Shown here: piece by piece, positions 35,724-64,000 of the stretch
Position numbering within the stretch: the stretch's first letter is position 1
How the letters are laid out: each line of letters starts with the position of its first letter
Origin: Amoebidium appalachense
Lineage: Eukaryota; Protista; Ichthyosporea
Assembly (NCBI GenBank): GCA_963693365.1
Contig: CAVNZM010000014.1
Location: 1,736,001-1,800,000 of the forward strand
Direction of reading: 5' to 3'
Length of the DNA stretch: 64,000 bases
Program-made: the position numbers and the translations under genes
The notes under the pieces: model-generated
What the model saw: only the letters and a program-made list of their open reading frames with translations
Told to the model about the DNA's origin: nothing
Databases searched by the model: none

Positions 35724-36560
35724 ACACGGCCCTCTGAACACTCTGTGTTCATTTCCTCTCCCTTCCTCCCATCCCATCATATCGTACATAAACTAGAGGG
35801 CACAGTCAGTAGGTGCCTGCAGCTGGCAGGGAGGAGTCAGGACCCGGACCCGGCAATACGTATTTTCTGCCACCGGCATAAAACAGGCCTGGAACGAGCA
35901 CATGTGAGCTCGAGACGTGGCGTTTTATTGGTACTTTCCACTACGTCTTTGTACGTATACGTGTGCTACGAAACCACACAAACGGTTTGTTATATAATTA
36001 TCCTTCTTGAACTATGCTGAGCATTAAAAAAAAGGCATGCAACAGACTCAGTACATACTGAAAAATTTGCGGGGGAGGGGAAAGAAAGCTTTCACATGTG
36101 AAATGTATATCTGGTTTTTGTTATTTAATGTTTACATAATTCTGTACCATTACAATGAGAGGACACGGCATAATCAGTATGATAAAACAACTAAAAAAGC
36201 CTTGGGCCGGATGTGGTTTTTATAAAACAACAAAAAAAGTAGAAATATACTTGAGCACAAGTCCTGATTTGATTCTGTGCCTGCAATTGAGCGCCTAAAA
36301 AATAACATTGCCCTTCAGTCCATGGAAGAATCTTTTTTAGCAGCTTAATATCAAATAATTAGCATCGTGTTCACTGCGATAGGTTCCGGCTCCAGAAATC
36401 CAACGTCGTTCTGAAGGCGATTTCAGTTTAATGCATAAGGAGCACAGTGCATATGACCTAAAAGTATATCAAACATGTTTCTTCATGTCATGTGCACATC
36501 GTTATAGGGCAGATACCAGAAGAACCGTGACCCCCCCCCCCCCCCCCCCCCCCCCTCTCC

Positions 36561-36591
<31 letters not shown>

Positions 36592-36831
36592 AGGGAAGAA
36601 AGAAACGGTTGCACCAACAGCTCCCATGTTTGCACTGTATTTCCCCATTTTCGCGTTGACCCGACACCTTATCCACATCTCTACAGATTCTGATCTTAGA
36701 CTACCACATATGCACAAATCTAATCTAGGCAATTCTGCGCCCTAATATTTATAGGTAATAGGTCACCAGCACCCCACAGCGTGATCACTATATTCTCAAA
36801 TCTATTCCAAGCAAATTCTGCACAATAATGG

Positions 36832-37844
36832 TTAGTCACCAACACTCCACAGCGTATTCACAATATTCTCAATAATCAGACGCAGGGCGCAGGTCAGCTG
36901 GTCCACCGTGTATGGTTTTTCGAGTGGGGGCACGTGCACAAACAACACAGGGATAGAGTTTCCGGTCAGGGTCTGTGAGATGTAGTAACTGTAGTTGCAT
37001 AGGTAGCGCCCGGCATCATCTGTGTTAAGAAAGTGGTGTAGGAGGTTAGTGATAGGTTTACATATGTACGTACGCACAAAACATGAAACGGGTTTGGGAA
37101 CACCGGAACGGTTCTATGAGAGATCGTATAGTTAAAGATTCAGGCGCCAAAGACAGCGGGATCAGAATATGAGAATACATAAGAAATGGGGTACATAAAG
37201 AATGCTACAATGAAAGTGTCCGTTAAGAGGCCCATTGCTCAGGAAACCCCGGCATAAACCTCAGTTCCATCATGCGCAAAACAGTGCCATGCACACAGGA
37301 AAAGTGTGTGTTTGTGCTGTGGTCTGTGTGGGGCTGTGTGTATATTTTTTTGCGTGTGTTGGGGGACTGAAGGGGGGGGGGGGGGGGGGGGGGGTTAACA
37401 TAATGCACAGTGTGAAGCAGAAACCCCAAAAGGACACCGCAACACAAATACCCCCCCCCCCCCCCCCCCCCCCCCCGCGCCTGGCCCCCGTGCAGTGGGG
37501 GAGGCTGGGGGTAAGTAGAAACGAAGAAATGGTGAACAAGGTATGGATGAAGAGGATAGAGGATTTTGTGTGTGTGTGTGTGTGTGTTGGGGGGGGGGGG
37601 GGGGGGGGGGGGGGGAGGGGGGATGAAGGTTGGCAAACATGAAAGCAAAGCACGAAATGAAGAAGAACACATACCAAAACAAGGTGCCCCGGGAGAAGGA
37701 GGGGGGGGGGGTCTTTCTCACAATAGACATGAGTTGTTGAAAGGAGACGGCATGGAAAATATGTAAAGCAAGAGAATGTAGGTAGAGAGCAAGAGGTAAA
37801 GGATAATGGGAAAGAGACTTGCACTAAGGTGGTGGTTGTCAATG

Positions 37845-37927
<83 letters not shown>

Positions 37928-38573
37928 TACCCACGTGTGTCTTTGTTGCCTTTGTCAAATGTGTCGCGCATGTGTGTATATGTATGTGTGTAAATTTGTA
38001 ACTGTGTATGTATAATAATGTGTGTGTGTGTGTGTTTGTGTATAAACAGTTGCATGTGTGAGCATGTGGGCATTACGGATGTAAGTGTCGGTGCCTTTCT
38101 GTCTGTGAGCGTGCGTGCCTGGGTGCCTGCCTGCCTGCCTGTGTGGCATGCATAGTGTGTACAGATGCCTATGCATGCATGCATTATGTGTGGCTGTACG
38201 TGTGCACCCAAAGAGTGAGACACAGGTGTGTGTGTGTGTGTGTGTGTGTACATGAAACAGGTAGTCTTTCTGCGTGTGTGTGACCACTTCTGCATGTGCA
38301 CATAATCGTGTTTGGTTCCTTTGTGTACAGTCACTGTGTGCATGCCTTTGTCTTCCACACTTTTAAATTTCCACCACAATAATGCTCAGGTAAGCATGGT
38401 GGTGGGCCACGTGTCGCCCGGAAGGTACTTGTGTGTGTGTGTGCGAGGGAGGGAGGGGGGTTGTACACGGCACAACAGCAGTAACAAAAACCCCTAATAC
38501 GCGAGGGGAGGAGGGGGAGGGGAAAGGTGTGTGTGTGTGTGTGTGTGGTGGTGGTGGTGGTGGTGGTGGTGGT

Positions 38574-38610
<37 letters not shown>

Positions 38611-39362
38611 GGTTGGGGAAGTGGGGGAGTAAGGGGGAATAAATAGCTAAGGGTGGCGAGTTGGATGAAAAGACAACGGGAGGGGGATAGGGGGGATGGG
38701 GGGTGTTGCTTAGTGTGATGAGAAAGAATGATGGAGGGGAGGCGGAGGAGGGGGAGCGAGGGGCAGGTCAGGGCGGGGCGGGCGGGGGGGGAGGGGGGGG
38801 GGGGGGGGGGGGGGGGGCTCACCAGAAGGGACAACATTCAGGCCGCACGTGTCTCTGATCCTCTTTGCAACCCCATCCACATCTATAGTGGTGGACAGGC
38901 AGGCAGGCCCACCCACAAAACACTGCCCTTCTGGCTCACATGGTGCCGTGCCCTTATTGTCCAATATAACGTGGCCGTGGTTAAACGCATTCCGTTCGAG
39001 GCAGATTTTCCCCTCGTGGCCAACACCAACGTGAATGCAGATTCGCGGCGTAATTTCGCTGTGTAGGCGGGGGATGATTTCCTTTGCAGGGCTGTATTCA
39101 ACGGGGAGGAGGCGGGTCTCGAGTGTGTAGGTGGTGGTTTTGTCTCCCTGCAGGAAGCTGGTGTTAGGGCAGGGAAGATTATTCTTTCTATCATTTTTTT
39201 CTTTCGCTTTTTCTTCCTCCTCCCCCCCCCCCCCCCCCTTTTTTTTTTTTTTTTTCTTTTTTTTTTTTTTCTCTTTCCTTTTTTTTCTTTTTTTTGGTGC
39301 AGAATCCGTAGAGATATCAGTATCACAACACTATTAGGCCAGAACGGCGGGAACAGGCGGAA

Positions 39363-39393
<31 letters not shown>

Positions 39394-40735
39394 GGCAGAA
39401 GGCAACAGACGGCATCTAGCAAAGAAGGAAAACCACCGTTTTTTGGGTGGGTTTCATTTCTGCTGCTGGTGGTGGTGGTGCACGTGTGTGTGTGTGTGTG
39501 TGTAAGTGTGTGTGTGTGCGCGTGTGCGCGTGCGTGCGTCTGTATGTGGGGAGTGGAGAGGGGAGAAGGCTGGGGGGGGGGGGTTAGGGGGAGGGGGGGC
39601 GTGGGCGGGGGGCAAATACGTTTGTAGCCTTAATGGTTGCACCTGTCAGCTGACGAACAGCCTCCCAGCTGGCGTTGATTTTGTGCTGCTGGAAGGGTTC
39701 GAACCCTGTCAGCAGTATCGTCTCACTGGCAGCTGGGGTTTGCTCACCCTGGGTCCACTCCACCGTGCTAACAGAGAGGGAAAGGGAGGAACATGTAGAA
39801 TAGCGGGAGGGATTGAGGGGTGAAGGGGAGGAGTTGGGAGGTGGGGAGAAGGGGGGAGGAGGAGGGGGGGGGGGGGGGGAGGGGGGGGAGGATGGGATCA
39901 GTTGGGGTAGACGGCATGGTCAAGGTTGTGAGCTAGTGCTTGCAGGAGGGAGCAGGAGACGGTAGCGTGGGGGGGGGGGGGGGGGGGGGGGGAAGGGGGG
40001 CGGGTGGGGGGAGGGGGGGGGGGGGGGGGGGGGGGGTGGTCAGTTGACTACCTGCAGCCTTGGGACGATCACTTGTGCTTCTCAAGTGTTTTCTTTTTGT
40101 AAATAAAAACACGTGTGAATGTGTAAGGTACCTCGTATTCACACTGTGTGTTTGTACTTTGTTGTGTGTGTTTGTGTTTACGTCGTGCAGTGTGCTTCTG
40201 AAAAACCTTAACATAACCTGCATTCAATCGCCTGGACAACATGTAACTTCATGGAAGCAACGGTTTTTTTTACCAGCAGGGCAAACACGTTAGCACGCAC
40301 GCACGCAAGATGCGAATTGGAAATGCTGTTTACTAACTCCACACCTGCCAAACCACACTTGTGTGTCTCACGAGCTCGTCTTCTTGTGTCCGTGCCTTCC
40401 TGGCCGTCTTCTCTTTTCGATATTCCTACTCCCAGCTACTTCAAACCAACCTTTCAATCCCTAGACCTCTCTCACCACTCTTCCCTCCCCCTAATCTGCT
40501 TCGCCCTCTACTCTCCGCCCTCCCCTACCCACTCCCTGCCCGCCTTCGTCCCACCCCCAGAGAAGTGACACACATCTTGTAGGAACAGAGAACACACGCT
40601 TCCTTCCAAGCACTACAATCTCATCTCCAAAATGATATAGCCTATAGGTGCTTGTGCCCTTGCGCATGAATCCATAATGTAATAGAAAAAACCCCGTAAT
40701 CTCGCTTACCGGGCAGGGGAATCTGCAGCGGTCAT
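36832..40735 (-). CDS. PGPEP1: Pyroglutamyl-peptidase I (peptidase C15), ~228 aa, 5 exons
   Basis: Exons 40710-40735 (aaaaATG), 39643-39767 (ILLTGFEPFQQHKINASWEAV), 39437-39459 (23-nt micro-exon needed for phase), 38823-39147 (LPVEY, IHVGV, CLERNAFN, LSTTIDV) and 36832-37019 (DDAGRYLCNYSYY, FVHVPP, stop). The Glu/Cys/His catalytic residues are present. Confidence 0.93.
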
Positions 40736-41389
40736 TTTTTTGTTTTGGTGAGAGAACTCGAATATGGACAAGGGCTAATGCTTACTAAGAAAAGCACAGA
40801 GAAAGGACAGAAGAAAATGGCGTTCTCTAGTTTATATACACCTGCAATAGTCTCCAAGGCTATGTACCCACTGGCTTGCGTAAGTGGCTGAACACTACTA
40901 CGCTGCGGCAACATACAAGGACCAGGCCGCAGGGAGACAGCACTCAAAGTGACTAGTACTCCTGCAAGGGCTACAACAAGCCAATAAAAGTTTCCCAGAT
41001 CTTTGCGTTTATTTGATTGGATACAAACTGACCTTTGTTTAGATTCTGTCTGGTTATACTATTGGCTAGTTCTCCAAGAGTCAAATCATGGCCAAGCAGG
41101 CCTAAATACATACATACGGGGACGTTTCCTGTATCTATAATCTGTCATCATGACGTGGTTTTATTTTAGTAGCCGCAAAAAATAATACAAAGATTTTGAC
41201 AAGCAATATAGCACGCCGTGGCTTGACTGTTTTACAATAATCATCAACGTTTCGCTGATGCCGGATCATGAATTCCATGATCATATACAACCTTTCTATT
41301 GGCTAAACATCAGCTATCGATCTCGCCAAAAGATCCAATAGGCTTTCCGAGAAGAGTCTTCGCGGCCACGAGGCAAGTGTGTGTGTAAA

Positions 41390-41472
<83 letters not shown>

Positions 41473-41490
41473 TGTGTGTGTGTGTTTGTT

Positions 41491-41563
<73 letters not shown>

Positions 41564-43257
41564 GTGTGTTACACGTGTGTACATGTGTGCGTGCGCGTAT
41601 GTCGTGCGTGTGCCACGGTGGTGCTGCACTGTGTGTGTGTTTTGTGTGTGCGTGTGTGTGTATGTGTGTGATGTAATTACAAGTGTGTGTGTGTCGCGGT
41701 GTGTGCGTTTGTGTGTGTGTACACGTGTGTGTGTGTGTTCACATGGTTCTGTGTGCGCACGTGTTTGTGCGTGTGTACGGTGCACGCACAGCGCGCGTTT
41801 TTGCATGTGTGTGTGTGTGCACGTGACACTGTACACCTGTGTTACGGTATTCGAATTCGTGTGTATTACAGATATGTATTTGACCGTATGCACGTCCTAC
41901 GCCCGACAGTCAGCGTGCATGTGCGTTGGCTGTGCACGTGGATTTTGACTACACTGAGCTTACCACGTGTACAGAGAAGTTTTCATTGAAAGTAGGTAGA
42001 TGCTTAGTTGGAGCTTTGGACCTTGAAATGGAGTTGAACATGTTGTTACATCATCGCTGCATCATAACCAAGCTTTGTGACTGTGTAAGATAATTATATT
42101 GTCATATTCCCTAGTACTGTTACTACTGTGATGTCATAAAAATTAATTGCTTGCAGCCTGAGGCCTCCACACCGTGTTCAAACTACTACCATGCTACTTT
42201 AGTTACCGGTACATCATGTGATGCTATATTGTTTCACTTCTAAATTTATTAGATACAACATAAGCTGCTACTTAGTCCCTTCACACAATTGTTAGCGGGA
42301 AAGTAAAAAAAAAAAAAAAAAAAAAGGAAAGAAGGAAAGAAAAGAAAAGAGTAGGGGGAAAGGCCCGAAAATAGGCATACCGGCTTTGGTGCTAAAAGAT
42401 GAGAAGGAAAGGTTTGAAAAAGACTATAGCGACAAAACAAGTCCATGCACGGTGCATGAGCTAGTACTAGTGCATGCACCCCACGGCCAAGCCGAGTAAG
42501 TAATAAATAAAAGCCAGAGGATTTTGCAACAGAATCTGATACATGTGCAAACTTTGGATAAACCTATGTGATCTATAGCTAGTATTAGTAAATTTGATGA
42601 GAAATGAGAAAATGTTCAACTGTAATAATGTACATGAAATTACACATTCTGCTGAAGTAACAATACATATGATCGTGAAAAAGGGCCCATTATACATATC
42701 AACCCTCTTATCCTTGTGCCAGGCCTGCTAGGCGGGTTAACATTAAGAATTAATTAATTACGGATGCTTCATTGTCTAACTTAATTATTGTGTCGTTATA
42801 CGTGTTGTCATCATATGCTCGCATTTAAAGTGGCACCGAATCCCTTACCCTTCGCTTATAGCCCCCCCCCCCCCCCCACCCACCCACCCACCCACCCACC
42901 CAAAGTACCACCCATCCACATCCCCTCCCCCCCCCAGGGGTCTTCTTTCCCTCCTCCAACTTCACTCTGCCACACGAACACTGTTGAAACACACAAAAAC
43001 ACACACACACACTGCCCTTAGCCCCAACAACTCATGCACAGGTGTTCTTGACCACACACACATATATTCAAGACGTTAATTAGCTTAAACAGATACACAC
43101 AGTGTAGTCACATCCTATCTGGTGAAGCAAAACTTACCACGAATCCCACCTTCCTTCCACATTCCCCAACCCTGCCATCACTGACACACACAGTCTCTCA
43201 CACACACACAGGCCACAATCCATCCCACAAATGCATCCGCACCATTCCACATACCGC

Positions 43258-63544
<20,287 letters not shown>

Positions 63545-64000
63545 TTTGGTTCTGTGGGTGTCTCACGAGAGCAATACTAGTCTATTATAGCCATAATCTT
63601 GGATAAGGGTATCTACGTAATACGGTCTCTCTGCCGATGGGAGGAAAGTTAGACAATGGTTTCAATTCGCAGTGTTACGGCCATGTATCAAGAGCGCTGT
63701 TTTTTCAAAGCGCGTTGAAACCTGCACAAATAACGAATACTCAAACCCGTGGGAGTTTCCTGTTATGGTTGTGCACTTGCTCTAATACTCGTGCGTACTT
63801 TTTGTAGCTTAGAAGTTCAGCAGGAAAAATGGGGGTTTATGCACTTGGTATTGCTGCGGACATCGTCAGGGACCCAGCCTCACTTGACGGCCTACTGCGT
63901 TTTCCAGCGCAGCCAATCAAATGCAGCTAGTGAGTTATGTACACTGTATGCGCAATAAAACAACCCTAGTATAGATAATTATGGATATGCAGAAGCTACA

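Overview
Eukaryotic genomic DNA with long introns packed with (CA/GT)n microsatellites and poly-C/poly-G tracts. Almost all ORF-track entries are translations of these repeats. The gene content (HSL with an HSL_N domain, ICE2/NARG2) suggests an opisthokont, possibly a unicellular holozoan; this is inference. Manual splicing with GT-AG ends and phase continuity gives five genes, all on the minus strand: (1) an HSL/LIPE-like lipase (63544->43258, ~22 exons) fused to a second alpha/beta-hydrolase domain that lacks the nucleophilic Ser; (2) pyroglutamyl-peptidase I (40735->36832); (3) an ICE2/NARG2-like gene with a C-terminal CCCH finger (35010->15987, ~19 exons, one GC-AG intron); (4) a tentative coiled-coil/CCCH gene (14694->10732); (5) the 5' part of a probable zinc-finger (GATA-like?) factor with an eh1-like motif, running off the left edge. 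The last four ICE2 exons are duplicated ~9 kb downstream; that copy carries a nonsense codon and a TA-flanked MITE absent from the parent copy. The most unusual signal is a dispersed, structured intronic repeat family that shares one end abutting a poly-G tract and is variably truncated at the other end. It resembles a poly(C)-tailed or G-tract-targeting retroposon. No database searches were possible, so family assignments rest on recognised motifs.
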